A DNA stretch of 64,000 bases from an uncultured Cryomorphaceae bacterium (GTDB lineage: Bacteria; Bacteroidota; Bacteroidia; Flavobacteriales; Schleiferiaceae). The notes beneath the pieces were generated by a model that saw only the letters and a program-made list of their open reading frames with translations, ran no database searches and had not been told where the DNA came from. Position numbers and translations under genes: made by a program. Of this stretch, positions 37,013-47,286 are shown piece after piece. The stretch is taken from contig CAKZJV010000007.1 of NCBI GenBank assembly GCA_937120475.1, positions 572,068-636,067 on the forward strand. The letters are read 5' to 3'. How positions within the stretch are numbered: the stretch's first letter is position 1; every line of letters starts with the position of its first letter.

Positions 37013-37361
37013 TGTTCATAATCTTAAATAATGGATTACTTTGAACGGTGTACTACCGTTCGGTCAGGGCAAAAAAAATCCCGACCATTTCTGACCGGGA
37101 GCGAATAATGCATTGCGGAGCAATGATATCTAGCTCTCCGGTAAGAGGTGTATGTGCTTTAGTTGATACTTTGAAAAACGCATAATTCGCTCGCTTTTAA
37201 ATTTGATGATGCAAAGCACTGACTATGCCTTAAATTGGCCAATGCCGGTTGAATTTAAGCCGGGCAACACCAAGTAACCGGATTGTTTCGTTGTATATTA
37301 GAAATTCTAAACCTTTACCCTAACGCGTTAAACGGCAATCCAATGGCCGCTTTTCAGGCTC

Positions 37362-40300
37362 TTATTCTTCCATTTGATTCAGTACCCGTGATTCTGACCG
37401 GACCTGGTAAAGCGGCAGAACCAGCCTGATCCGAATACCGTTTTTTTGATTCAGATGGGATATGTGTATAAAGTCAATGTTTTTATACTTGGCATAGAGC
37501 AGTGTAATTCGTTTCCTGAGCGCCTGGATTCTGACCGACTTACCCAAAGCGTCTAAGCGATTGAACCCCGGATTTAAAATGTTGATTTGGATAAAGCTTT
37601 CCCTGGGAAATATGTTTATCCTCGTAAACTCGAGGCTATCTTTAACCGTGGCCCTTCCCGCAAGAAATAATTCTATGAACGGTTGAAGGATAAGGCCAGG
37701 AACAAGTACCTCACCGGTAGAAATACTACGATGTACTTCCAACGATACGTCCAGCCTCTTTCCAAATCGCATTTTCTCTAATTCAAGGTATAATTCTAAA
37801 CACTGTATTTCTTTGTGTAAAGGCACCATACGTTCCTGCGAAAGCTCAATATTCAAGCGTATTAACCGCCCAAAGAGTGCGAGGTATTCCGAGGCTTCAT
37901 CAGCTTTGGAAGCACCTATCATATATTGGATGGAGTTTAAAGCATTAAAAATGAAATGAGGATTCATTTGAGCTTGTAAAGCATGGGCTTGCAAAGAAGA
38001 TATTTCTTTTTGAAAATGAAGCTTATCACGGTGAAACCGGTACCACCACAGTAGAAGAAAAAAAATGATCAACACGGTCAGGAATACCGAGCCCTTTCGC
38101 ACTAATGGCATTTGCGTCCAGTGGGGGTGAATTTCAAAATTCCAGCTGGCCGTTTGCTCACTTACCATTCCATTTTCGGTAAGTGTACCTACTTCAAAAC
38201 TATATTGACCCGGCTCCAGGTTGTGAAAATTAGCCCAAGACTCCTGAGTAGTATTCCATTGGTTTGAAAAACCGTTTAAACGGTAGGCATATTTTAGTTC
38301 ACGTGATTCCTGAAACAGCAACCCACTAAAGTAAAAGGTCAGGTCATTTTGATTGTAATTCAGGTTTGTCTTGCTATGAATGGTTTGTTCCTTGCCATCT
38401 ACTACCACTTTACACACAGTCATTTTTGGCGGGTGGTTACCGGCAAGGTGCAGGGCAGGGTCAAAAATGGATATCCCGGCATGGGTACCTACCACCATTT
38501 TGTTTTTAAAAAAACAAAGCGCGTTAACTTCACCCGATACCAGGCCTTTACTGTCTGAGAATATCTCTGTCTTGTATAAAAATGGCGAGTAGGAAAGTAC
38601 GCTGAGTTTACATATCCCTTTATTAGTGGCCAACCATATATGACCCGGAGCGCCTGATACGATGCGCTTTACGATATCATTTTCCAGTTCCCTTACTTTA
38701 AAAAAGCTTTGATTGTCTGGCTTATACCCAAACAAGCCGTAACCATCGGATGCAATCCATAAAACCCCTTGCGCACCATATTCCATGTCGAGTATTGAGG
38801 ATTGTAGAAGAGGATCTGTGGTATAAGGGAAGTGATCTTTACGAGCAGGGTCAATATACCCCAGTCCATTGGTTCGTCCGTACCATACAGCACTATCTTC
38901 CGGCTGATTGGCATAGGAGCGTTTTGTGGACAATAGTTCCAAGGAAGGTTTATAACGGGAAAAATCAATTCGGGCAATGCCATTTCCGGCCGAAACCACC
39001 AGCTCCTGATGTCCATGAAAACTCCCGTTTTTAACAAACATCCCTATCGAAGCCTGTGGACTCAATTCATAGACTTGAAAACACTTTTTGTCCTCTACCC
39101 TGAAGACAGGTAGCCGGGCTTCCCATTCCTGTATTTTATGCAGCTCTTTACGTGGCAGGTACAACAGGGTGCGTTCGGTAGCAACTATGATCCGATCGTG
39201 AACCCGGTCCCAGAACATTTCACGCACCACCCCTTTCCAGGAGCCGCTTATTTTTTTTAAGCTCCCGCTTGAATCCATCTTCAATATTCCCTGATACGTT
39301 CCTATTAATAACTCCTCACCCAGGTTTAAAAAACAAAGTGCCCTAAAGCTCTCTCCATTTTTAGTGTGGTAATAGTTAGTCATTCCGGTCTTTAAGGCAG
39401 CTGCAGGAAAAAAATTCAGGCCCACTCCCCTGCCACATAGCCATAGGTTGCTTTCGCGGTCTTTATACGCAAATTCAAAAGGTGTTTTTGGAAGGTAGGC
39501 ATTTAAACTATCCAGAGATAAATCTGGATTTAGCACTACATTCCCACAATTGGTCAGTAACCAATATTGCCCCAGGTTTTTGGGGTAGCCGGTGATTTTC
39601 TCAATTCTACATCCTTCGCCCAGCAGGTCGGCCGTATTAAAAACTTCAAAATTTTGACCCACCGGTTTAAAACGTAGGATATAGTCTTCCATCAGCAATA
39701 ACCAGCCTTCATTGTCAATGGCTTTCACAACGTCCAGTACGCCCGCAGAAGATTGGATGGGCAGAGGCCATTTTGTAACACCGTGGCTGTGGAGCAGTAA
39801 GATCGTATCTTTTCTTAAAAACCAAAGGCCTGAAGAGTCCTGCTGCAGAAACTTAGCATCACCAACCCCTTGTTCATGGTAATTTATCCGCTTCAGGGAG
39901 TTGTTGGCATCCAGCTGAATTAAAGCATTTTCAAAAGAGAACCAAAGGGTACCGTCTTGCGCTTCTGAAATGTAGTGTACGCCAGAAACATGCAGGGAAT
40001 CCGGTAGTGCTATGTGTTTGATTTCACCTTTGTAGATGTAGCTCAGGTAAGGACTAAAACTCCGGATCCATATTCGTTGCTGTGAATCTTCAAAAAGTCC
40101 CCATACATCGTTTACCTGTAAGCCATCCTTAACGGAATAGTTCTTAAAACGGTATCCGTCAAAACGGCTGACCCCAAATTCCGTAGCCAGCCATAAAAAG
40201 CCATCCGAGGATTGTAAACATTCATATATGGTACTGGCCGGTAAACCATCTCTTACATTATACTGGAAATAAGGTTGTACCTGTGCAACAATACGGTTGA

Positions 40301-40376
40301 GACTTCCCAGAAGTAAGCTGAGCATACCAAAGGCAAAAACCTTTGCATAAAATGTTAAACGGGTATAGTGTACCAC
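37362..40376 (-). CDS. sensor histidine kinase with periplasmic two-component-regulator propeller and Y_Y_Y domains and a LytS-type kinase core
   Basis: Signal or TM segment. Long beta-propeller repeat region. TM helix. C-terminal His_kinase block HALQAQMNPHFIFNALNSIQ (LytS/YehU type). Overlaps the LytTR regulator gene by 22 nt. Confidence 0.8.
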   Translation of the reverse strand: MVHYTRLTFYAKVFAFGMLSLLLGSLNRIVAQVQPYFQYNVRDGLPASTIYECLQSSDGFLWLATEFGVSRFDGYRFKNYSVKDGLQVNDVWGLFEDSQQRIWIRSFSPYLSYIYKGEIKHIALPDSLHVSGVHYISEAQDGTLWFSFENALIQLDANNSLKRINYHEQGVGDAKFLQQDSSGLWFLRKDTILLLHSHGVTKWPLPIQSSAGVLDVVKAIDNEGWLLLMEDYILRFKPVGQNFEVFNTADLLGEGCRIEKITGYPKNLGQYWLLTNCGNVVLNPDLSLDSLNAYLPKTPFEFAYKDRESNLWLCGRGVGLNFFPAAALKTGMTNYYHTKNGESFRALCFLNLGEELLIGTYQGILKMDSSGSLKKISGSWKGVVREMFWDRVHDRIIVATERTLLYLPRKELHKIQEWEARLPVFRVEDKKCFQVYELSPQASIGMFVKNGSFHGHQELVVSAGNGIARIDFSRYKPSLELLSTKRSYANQPEDSAVWYGRTNGLGYIDPARKDHFPYTTDPLLQSSILDMEYGAQGVLWIASDGYGLFGYKPDNQSFFKVRELENDIVKRIVSGAPGHIWLATNKGICKLSVLSYSPFLYKTEIFSDSKGLVSGEVNALCFFKNKMVVGTHAGISIFDPALHLAGNHPPKMTVCKVVVDGKEQTIHSKTNLNYNQNDLTFYFSGLLFQESRELKYAYRLNGFSNQWNTTQESWANFHNLEPGQYSFEVGTLTENGMVSEQTASWNFEIHPHWTQMPLVRKGSVFLTVLIIFFLLLWWYRFHRDKLHFQKEISSLQAHALQAQMNPHFIFNALNSIQYMIGASKADEASEYLALFGRLIRLNIELSQERMVPLHKEIQCLELYLELEKMRFGKRLDVSLEVHRSISTGEVLVPGLILQPFIELFLAGRATVKDSLEFTRINIFPRESFIQINILNPGFNRLDALGKSVRIQALRKRITLLYAKYKNIDFIHISHLNQKNGIRIRLVLPLYQVRSESRVLNQMEE

Positions 40377-41125
40377 TTAAGCATTTTTTGAAATAAAGGG
40401 AACTGCCTCCGGGAAACCGGGATTTCCACTTTATTCTTCATCCATACGGTACCCCCGTTGGCCTTTGAAAAACCTTCCATAAACCTGAAGTTAATCATAT
40501 AGGATTTATGAATTCTTAAAAAACAATCTTCCGACAAAAGCTGCTCAAAATTTACAATGGGCTTAGATACGAGCAATGCTTCACCCTTTTCAAGGTAAAG
40601 GGTGGTATACATATTATCGGCCTTTAGATATACGATATCCTTTTTATTGATTAATGAAATTCCCTTATGGTGAGATACGGCAATTTTACAGGCATTTTCG
40701 CCCTCTGTGCTGTTTATCTGTCTTTTTTTCAAGCAGGCATTCCAGGCTTTCAGGACGGCCAATTGAAGCTCCCTGACTCTTAAAGGTTTTAGAAGATAAT
40801 CAAGAGCTCCCGCTTTAACTGCTTTTATGCCATAATCGGGGAAAGCAGTCACTATAATTACTTCATAAGGTATAGGGTTGCTCTGATCTTCAATCAGATC
40901 AAAACCACTGCCCCCGGGCATCTGCACATCTAAAAAAACCAGGTCGGGAACTATTCGGTCCAAGCAGCTTCGGGCTTCCTCCAAATCTTGCGCGTACCCG
41001 GCTATTTCTATTTGAGGGCAATGTTTCTTGAGGAGCTGAGCCAGGTTTAGACGGCTGTATTCTTCATCATCAACAATAAGAGCCGATAAGGCATACTTTC
41101 CAGTATACCGGGATTGCATTTTCAT
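40355..41125 (-). CDS. LytTR-family response regulator
   Basis: Receiver domain (LIVDDE...FLDVQMPGGSG) plus LytTR DNA-binding domain. Confidence 0.85.
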   Translation of the reverse strand: MKMQSRYTGKYALSALIVDDEEYSRLNLAQLLKKHCPQIEIAGYAQDLEEARSCLDRIVPDLVFLDVQMPGGSGFDLIEDQSNPIPYEVIIVTAFPDYGIKAVKAGALDYLLKPLRVRELQLAVLKAWNACLKKRQINSTEGENACKIAVSHHKGISLINKKDIVYLKADNMYTTLYLEKGEALLVSKPIVNFEQLLSEDCFLRIHKSYMINFRFMEGFSKANGGTVWMKNKVEIPVSRRQFPLFQKMLKWYTIPV

Positions 41126-41291
41126 GACTGTAATTCTTTAGAGTTTCGTTTTGAATTTACAAGAATAATTTGATCGCAACAAGTATTGAAAATTTGTGCT
41201 TATAAGCTTGTAATTAATGATTAAAGCCGGACCAATCGATTATTGGATTGGCCCGGCTTCCTCTTTTTAAAACTCTATTATTTAAAGTGCA

Positions 41292-41858
41292 TCAATGACG
41301 CACCATAATTTTGGTGCTCACATAACCGCTAGCTTTTTTGAAACGAATAATATAGTAACCGTCCTCAAGGCCAGCCGTGTTCAAGCGGTACGATCCATTT
41401 TCCATAAAATCCGAACCATCCGGTAAACCTAGTTTTTGACCGTTTAGTCGGTACAATTCAGGAATTCCGTCCAGAAGCTTCCGTTCAGCCGGTTCCAAAT
41501 GGGTAAAGTCTCCGGCCGGATTAGGAAAAGCTGTTATTTGCTGTTGAGCTTCTTCCAAAGGGCTGATTACCCAGTTTCGACCTTTATCCACACTGGTTTT
41601 ACTTAACAGGCGTGGGTAGCTGAAGGTAATACGCCTGGCCGGTCTTACTTTCCATGATCTTCCATTGTCAGAGCTAAATTTTTCCGACCCGAATGGATAG
41701 TGAAAGCTTATTGTATCCGGCCTGCTCACCTGCCAGGTCTGACCATTATCCAGGCTGGTTTTAGTGAGGCCGAAAGGATAATTAATAGTGACTTTCTGAG
41801 CGCACAGTGTTGACGAAGCACACCAGCCTATACTCAGTATTAGAATAAGATATTTCAT
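41292..41858 (-). CDS. secreted BNR-repeat protein with a T9SS C-terminal sorting domain
   Basis: Three YPFG..K.S.DNG..W repeats. C-terminus AFPNPAGDF...YYIIRFKKASGYVSTKIMVRH (Por_Secre_tail). Confidence 0.6.
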   Translation of the reverse strand: MKYLILILSIGWCASSTLCAQKVTINYPFGLTKTSLDNGQTWQVSRPDTISFHYPFGSEKFSSDNGRSWKVRPARRITFSYPRLLSKTSVDKGRNWVISPLEEAQQQITAFPNPAGDFTHLEPAERKLLDGIPELYRLNGQKLGLPDGSDFMENGSYRLNTAGLEDGYYIIRFKKASGYVSTKIMVRH

Positions 41859-41869
41859 GTTGAAAGGGT

Positions 41870-42586
41870 TTATCGGTTATAAATAGACCCACAAACTGGA
41901 ATACATTCAAAAATGGTCCCGATACTCCAGGGGTCGTTCTGTCCGTCACAATCCGGAAATTCGGGTGGCAAGTAGCCGGTATTGGTAATATCCTTATTTC
42001 CACTTTGATCCAAACACACGGTAAACCGCTCCAGGCAGCAATCGGTGGTGGTACAGGGCCAGATAATGTCTATATAGTTAGGCCCGCTGGTATAGGTGGT
42101 CTGACCGGAAGTCTTTCCTACTCCCAATATTACATCCCCTCTCCAACAGGAGCCCTTCAATACCCTCCAGTTGGTGGCACAATCACCAGGATTTACCGGG
42201 GGAAAGGCCGCGGGGTTGGCTATAATCAGCTGTTCACTTACCAGGCGTAGAAATTCATTCATACCCCCTACCGAATTAATACAGTTGTAAAAATCGGTAC
42301 TATTGGTTCCGGGTCCTGGTGTGATCTGATCACCTATGTAGTAGTCGTACCAAATACCGCAGGCAATGCGAAAACCATATTCTACTTCAAAATACTTGCC
42401 CGGGCAAATTTCAAGGGTGATATTAAAAGGTCCCTGAAAAGGATCGTTAAAACAATCCGGCAAACAGGCATCCTGCATTGTTTGTCCGTAGGTTGCAGGC
42501 AGCGATGTCAATCCTAGCACGAAGGCTAGAAGCAGTGCTTTTAAACCAAAGCTCAGCTTAGTTTTTGAGTTGTTCAAATGTTTCAT
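41870..42586 (-). CDS. secreted Cys-rich protein (238 aa)
   Basis: Signal peptide (ATYGQT). More than 18 Cys residues. No recognised domain. Confidence 0.5.
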   Translation of the reverse strand: MKHLNNSKTKLSFGLKALLLAFVLGLTSLPATYGQTMQDACLPDCFNDPFQGPFNITLEICPGKYFEVEYGFRIACGIWYDYYIGDQITPGPGTNSTDFYNCINSVGGMNEFLRLVSEQLIIANPAAFPPVNPGDCATNWRVLKGSCWRGDVILGVGKTSGQTTYTSGPNYIDIIWPCTTTDCCLERFTVCLDQSGNKDITNTGYLPPEFPDCDGQNDPWSIGTIFECIPVCGSIYNR

Positions 42587-42726
42587 GTTGGTATTTATTA
42601 AGACTATACCTACTCTGTTAGGGCTTTTCGGTTTCCGCCACTTCCACTAAGCTAGGTATATCAAGGTGCTGATTTAAAGAGAATTGGAAAACGGTAAGAA
42701 GCTGCCTTGGAAAAGGTGCAGATGAG

Positions 42727-43130
42727 TTGGAAAGCGGTCTGATAGGAAACTGCCGGATTCCTTTCAATTTAACCCATAATGATTCGAATGACGGCTCATT
42801 CGCTCAAAGTACCATAGTGGTCACTAACCGTACGTGTGAAGACAAAGAAATACGCGTGTTCCTGGACCATATAACCGTTTCCTGTGTTCTCTTCGGGACA
42901 GCCTGGTACTTAGTGCCACGTGTATCTCAGCCAATGTTTATTGAGGTATATGCCCCATCTCATTTTAATGGTTCCACCACTTCCTGCTACCCTACCGGAT
43001 GCCGTGGTAATTACAACAGTCAAACGCCCATTATAGATCCCTGCACCGAGTCCTGCTATGGAGTTTAGGGTGGCACCGGGTACTCCCACCTTTTACGAAA
43101 AACTCAATTTCTAAATAATCTAACCGTCAC
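42727..43130 (+). pseudogene. frameshifted and truncated copy of the small secreted Cys-rich family (closest to the 30980 gene)
   Basis: Encodes ...STIVVTNRTCEDKEIRVF...CRGNYNSQTPIIDPC. It then loses frame; the 3' remainder ggcaccgggtactcccaccttttacgaaaaactcaatttctaaataa still matches the 3' end of the 30980 gene at nucleotide level. No signal peptide or start codon. Confidence 0.55.
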
Positions 43131-43225
43131 CTTAAATGGTCCTTGACCAAGGGGGAATAAGGCGAGCAATGAGTTTAACTTCCTTTTTGCAGATGCGTAT
43201 ATTAGGTTCTTCAAATCGCATCGGT

Positions 43226-43666
43226 ATGAAACTTTTAGTTCTATCCATTTTATTTAGCCCGGTTTTGTTGGCACAGTCTCAGCCCAAAAATAACCAGCTG
43301 GAGGTAGAAACGGTGGTTCGTACATTCTTTAAAGGCCTCAACCAAAAAGACACCGCCCTCATACGCTCTACCCTACACCCCTCCTGCCGTTTAGAAACAA
43401 CCCTGGAATTTGGAAGCGTAAAACAAGTGCCCATTAGTAGTTTTTTTGATATGCTCACGGCCCACCCCGGGCTTACCATAAATGAAAAGATATTTAACCT
43501 TCAGGTTAATGTGGACGGTCCGCTGGCTATGGTTTGGATGGACTACGAATTTTTCCTGGAAGGAAAAAGGAGCCATTGTGGAGTCAACCTGTTTACTTTA
43601 ACCCGAAATCCGGAAGGGTGGACAGTTTACAACGTAATTGATTCCAGGCGCGGAAACTGCCCTTAA
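43226..43666 (+). CDS. NTF2-like or SnoaL-like (DUF4440-type) secreted protein
   Basis: Signal peptide starting at MKLLVLSILF. About 120-aa NTF2-like fold pattern. The track ORF begins 90 nt earlier. Confidence 0.45.
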   Translation: MKLLVLSILFSPVLLAQSQPKNNQLEVETVVRTFFKGLNQKDTALIRSTLHPSCRLETTLEFGSVKQVPISSFFDMLTAHPGLTINEKIFNLQVNVDGPLAMVWMDYEFFLEGKRSHCGVNLFTLTRNPEGWTVYNVIDSRRGNCP

Positions 43667-43809
43667 TTAAAATTCCACGTTGTTTTTGGCGTACCAGCCA
43701 TAAACTGAGCGTATATGTAAGTATTGGAAATATTAATTCAGGTATTTTCAACCCGATTAAAGCGGAAGCCGAAAAGCTTAAACAGAGTAGGCACTATTAA
43801 AATTACATT

Positions 43810-44382
43810 ATGAAAACTCTGAAACTCTCATTCACTGGCATAAGTATGCTGGTGGGCACCCTCTTTTTTCTCAGCACCGGCTGTTCCAAAGAAGAAAAAC
43901 AAGCCCGGGAAACATCCGACAAAAAGATATTTTGTTCCTTCTCCGATGTAAGCGCCAGTAATTATTCACCCCAGTTGGGTGATGCTCTGTTTGGTGCGTG
44001 GACCTATCCGGGCGATAATCCGGGAACTATGGATGCCTACGTAGGTTGTAACTTTCCCGCTGCACCCTACGATCCCAATTGCTGCAGCCCCGTAACGGTG
44101 TATCTCACACCCACCGGATATAGCTACGGTATTGCCGCTTTTGAAATATGGGGTCCCGGAGATGGTAAATTGGTGGGTGGTACCTGCACTGCCGCTACCC
44201 AACAGGCGCTTATGGACCGTGTAGAGGCACACGCAAATGGTTTAAGTATTCCCTGCCAGGGTGGGCAACTCAACCCTACTTCCTACACCTTTTCGTATAG
44301 CGTTATTACTAATGGTAGTGGGTCTATAGGTGTAGAAGTAAAAGCGCAATTCTCACCTACCTGTTACACCTTCTTCCCTTGA
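43810..44382 (+). CDS. hypothetical lipoprotein
   Basis: Lipobox LSTGCSK. Cys-rich. Followed by a terminator. Confidence 0.5.
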   Translation: MKTLKLSFTGISMLVGTLFFLSTGCSKEEKQARETSDKKIFCSFSDVSASNYSPQLGDALFGAWTYPGDNPGTMDAYVGCNFPAAPYDPNCCSPVTVYLTPTGYSYGIAAFEIWGPGDGKLVGGTCTAATQQALMDRVEAHANGLSIPCQGGQLNPTSYTFSYSVITNGSGSIGVEVKAQFSPTCYTFFP

Positions 44383-44407
44383 TAAATTTTTAGTACCTAT
44401 AGAAAGA

Positions 44408-44435
44408 AAGCCCGGTTAAACCCGGGCTTTTTTTA
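44408..44435 (+). terminator. rho-independent terminator
   Basis: AAAGCCCGG-TTAAA-CCCGGGCTTT followed by TTTTTT. Confidence 0.65.
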
Positions 44436-44588
44436 TTGCGGTAAGCTTTATTTCCCATTTACCTCATTTTTCATTGTACTGCTTATACCAGGACTTCCAT
44501 TCGCTCAAAAAAACATACTCTTTACATCTATTTCTTCCCCCTTAAGAGCAAATGTTCTAATTTCAGAAAGCCAATTTAAAACCAAACC

Positions 44589-47285
44589 ATGTCCAATTTA
44601 TCAACTCTTTGCAGTGAGCTAAAGGCCGTTACCGGTCAGGGCTCCGTTACTCTACCCAATAGTCAGGTTACCGCTGTGGACCTGAATAGCTTTATCAACA
44701 ATATTTTTAAAACCGAAAGCATTGCCCTGGGGCAGGTCTCAGTAGCCTGTAACGACTCTACCGTTACCCTTACCGGTATCTGGATGTTTCTGGGGGCAGC
44801 CGTAAATGTTACCTGGTCGTTTACCGAAGAAGGTGACGGTTCCATTACCTGGGGTATAAGTGCCAGTTCCACCACTACCAGTTCGGTAAATACCGTGCTA
44901 CAGCAGTTCCTTTCTGATGTGCCAGACATACCTTCTACCGTTAGTGGTTTGCAACTTACCCAACTGGGTTTTGATGCTTCCTTCAATACTACTACTAAAT
45001 CGTATCAGTTAGACCTTAAAGCCTCCACCACCTGGGGTGCCGTGGAACTGCTGGTTCAGGATAACAGTGGCACATGGGGTGCCGCCTTTGGTATTAGCGT
45101 GAGCGACACTTTTACCTTATCCAAAATTGATAGTGGCCTCACCGTGTTCAACAGCCTCAGCTTTTCCAATTCGGCCGTGGTGGTAGCTGATTTTGAAGAC
45201 GGCAGCATTCAGATTGCCGGTATTACCGGGGTGGTGAAAGGAGTAGAATTCCGCTCCACCCTTAACGTGAATGAAACTAGCGGAACTTCGGCTTTAGCCG
45301 AAATCATGAATGAACTGGGTAAAAGCCTTAGCGGGGTACCCCTGGATATTTCCCTGGACCTCAGCACTACCGAGTTTAAGTTGGAAGCCTCTATCGGTAA
45401 ATCCTTTGCCCTGCCTGGTTTTAGTAAACTTACTTTGTCCAATATTAATTTTACGCTGGACACTACTCCTTCGGCCAGCCTTTCCGGAACCCTGGATATG
45501 CCGATTACCATTCCCGCTGACCCAACGGTAAACAGCATAAGTGTAACCGGTTCTATTTCATTTACCTACAGCGATGGCACCGGTACGGTGCAAGCCACAC
45601 TCAACAGTGATACTGTAATTAAAGAGCCTTTTAATTTTTACGGGGTAACCCTACAGGATGTTGGGGTAGGCCTGGACGTTTCCTTCGGTGTGGAAACCGG
45701 GGCCGGGGTCACCCTGGAAGGCGCCTTTCAACTGGGTAGCGATCAGCCGTTGAGTGAAAAATTCGCGGTAACCATGGAGTTTACCGATGACTTGCCCAAC
45801 CCTTCCCTGCTATACGTGGAAAGCAAAAATTTGAGTTTGCCCACTCTGTTCAATGCACTCATCAGTAGTAGTATTACCCTACCCTCGGTACTCAGTGGTT
45901 TCCAGTTTACGGAATTAACGCTGTACTGGTGCGATAAGGCCCAAAACCTGCCCGATGGCACCCCCTGTAAAGTGGGTTACGGTTACAATGCCGCTCTTGA
46001 CCTTTGGGGCTTTGATACTTATACCGAGTTAATGATCAATCAAGGCAGCGGCATCACCGGAACGGCCAGTGCCAACCCCATATCCCTTTGGAGTGGGAAA
46101 ATCAGTTTGACCGGTAGTGGTCCCGGGGGCAAAGGTGTAACAGCCGGTGGGCCCTATTTTAACTTTGATACGTCCAAAGAATCTTTCGATGTTAGTGTAG
46201 ATGCCAATATTCTGGGAATAACCGAAGTAGTCAACGCCAGTGTGTCTTCCTCCTCCCTGGATATTAATATGAGCAGCAACTTCGGCTTCTTGCAGGATTC
46301 GCTGGCCGTAACTTTTAAAGATGGTGGGGCTACCATGGCTTTTTCCAGCTCCCTGAACATCGGCATCAACGCTTCACCCAGTATTTCCATCGGTAGCGTA
46401 AACCTGGGAACCATTCATATCGATGATTCCCTGAGCGGTAGCCTGGATGTATCCTTTCAAAACGGTAAATTAACTGCACAGGTAAACGGAAACTTTAATT
46501 TTAACGGGGCTTCCTTCGGCTTTAACTATGACGTAGGCACCAGCCTTACCGATCTCGGAGACCTGGCCGGAGCTATTGCCCAAAAAATTGAAAGTGAAGC
46601 CGAAGCCATCTTCCAGCACTACTTCTCGGATGTGAAAAACTACATAGATGTGGTAGGTAAAGGACTGTTGACCGGGGGCGAGTTTGTATTGAACGCCCTT
46701 TATCACGCCTACACCACTTCCATTACCGAAATTATTGATCTGATCTCCGACCTGCCTTCCGGTTTCAAAGTAGATGGTACCGTTGATTTTGAGATCAATA
46801 TAGCACCCAGCATACCTTCAGAATCCTTCCATGCCGATTTGGGGCACATCCTCAATACCCACGGTGATGCACACGGTGACCACTCCGTAGGTTTCTTGGG
46901 GCATTTTGATCATTCGCTCTTCAATATCCACGGTGACATTAGCGCCAGCCAGGGCTTCAGCACCCCGGCCTTCAGCTTTACCCTGCTGGATATTCACCCA
47001 CAGCAACACTTTGATATGACTATGCCGCCAACTATACATGCCGATGCTCAATCTCCACACATCGATGCTTCTCCGCACCTGGATTTGGGTATTGCTGGTG
47101 GATCACTGGGCGTAGGCGGTAATGTAGATGTAAACAGTTCCGTAGCGCTGAACGACATTAGCCTGCAGGCCCACCTCAACGTTTCGGCCCATGCCGGGGT
47201 ACATGCTGATGTATTGCACGTAGGTGCGCATGGCGATACGGGTACACACATCGATCAGGGACTTCCTCACGTAGATTTAGGTTGA
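44589..47285 (+). CDS. large Ser/Thr/Gly-rich protein with a C-terminal His-x-Asp repeat tail; putative substrate of the downstream radical SAM enzyme
   Basis: 898 aa, no signal peptide. The last ~150 aa carry about 14 H-x-D triplets (HAD, HGD, HFD, HID, HLD, HVD). Its stop codon lies 1 nt before the radical SAM start. Confidence 0.55.
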   Translation: MSNLSTLCSELKAVTGQGSVTLPNSQVTAVDLNSFINNIFKTESIALGQVSVACNDSTVTLTGIWMFLGAAVNVTWSFTEEGDGSITWGISASSTTTSSVNTVLQQFLSDVPDIPSTVSGLQLTQLGFDASFNTTTKSYQLDLKASTTWGAVELLVQDNSGTWGAAFGISVSDTFTLSKIDSGLTVFNSLSFSNSAVVVADFEDGSIQIAGITGVVKGVEFRSTLNVNETSGTSALAEIMNELGKSLSGVPLDISLDLSTTEFKLEASIGKSFALPGFSKLTLSNINFTLDTTPSASLSGTLDMPITIPADPTVNSISVTGSISFTYSDGTGTVQATLNSDTVIKEPFNFYGVTLQDVGVGLDVSFGVETGAGVTLEGAFQLGSDQPLSEKFAVTMEFTDDLPNPSLLYVESKNLSLPTLFNALISSSITLPSVLSGFQFTELTLYWCDKAQNLPDGTPCKVGYGYNAALDLWGFDTYTELMINQGSGITGTASANPISLWSGKISLTGSGPGGKGVTAGGPYFNFDTSKESFDVSVDANILGITEVVNASVSSSSLDINMSSNFGFLQDSLAVTFKDGGATMAFSSSLNIGINASPSISIGSVNLGTIHIDDSLSGSLDVSFQNGKLTAQVNGNFNFNGASFGFNYDVGTSLTDLGDLAGAIAQKIESEAEAIFQHYFSDVKNYIDVVGKGLLTGGEFVLNALYHAYTTSITEIIDLISDLPSGFKVDGTVDFEINIAPSIPSESFHADLGHILNTHGDAHGDHSVGFLGHFDHSLFNIHGDISASQGFSTPAFSFTLLDIHPQQHFDMTMPPTIHADAQSPHIDASPHLDLGIAGGSLGVGGNVDVNSSVALNDISLQAHLNVSAHAGVHADVLHVGAHGDTGTHIDQGLPHVDLG

Positions 47286-47286
47286 T

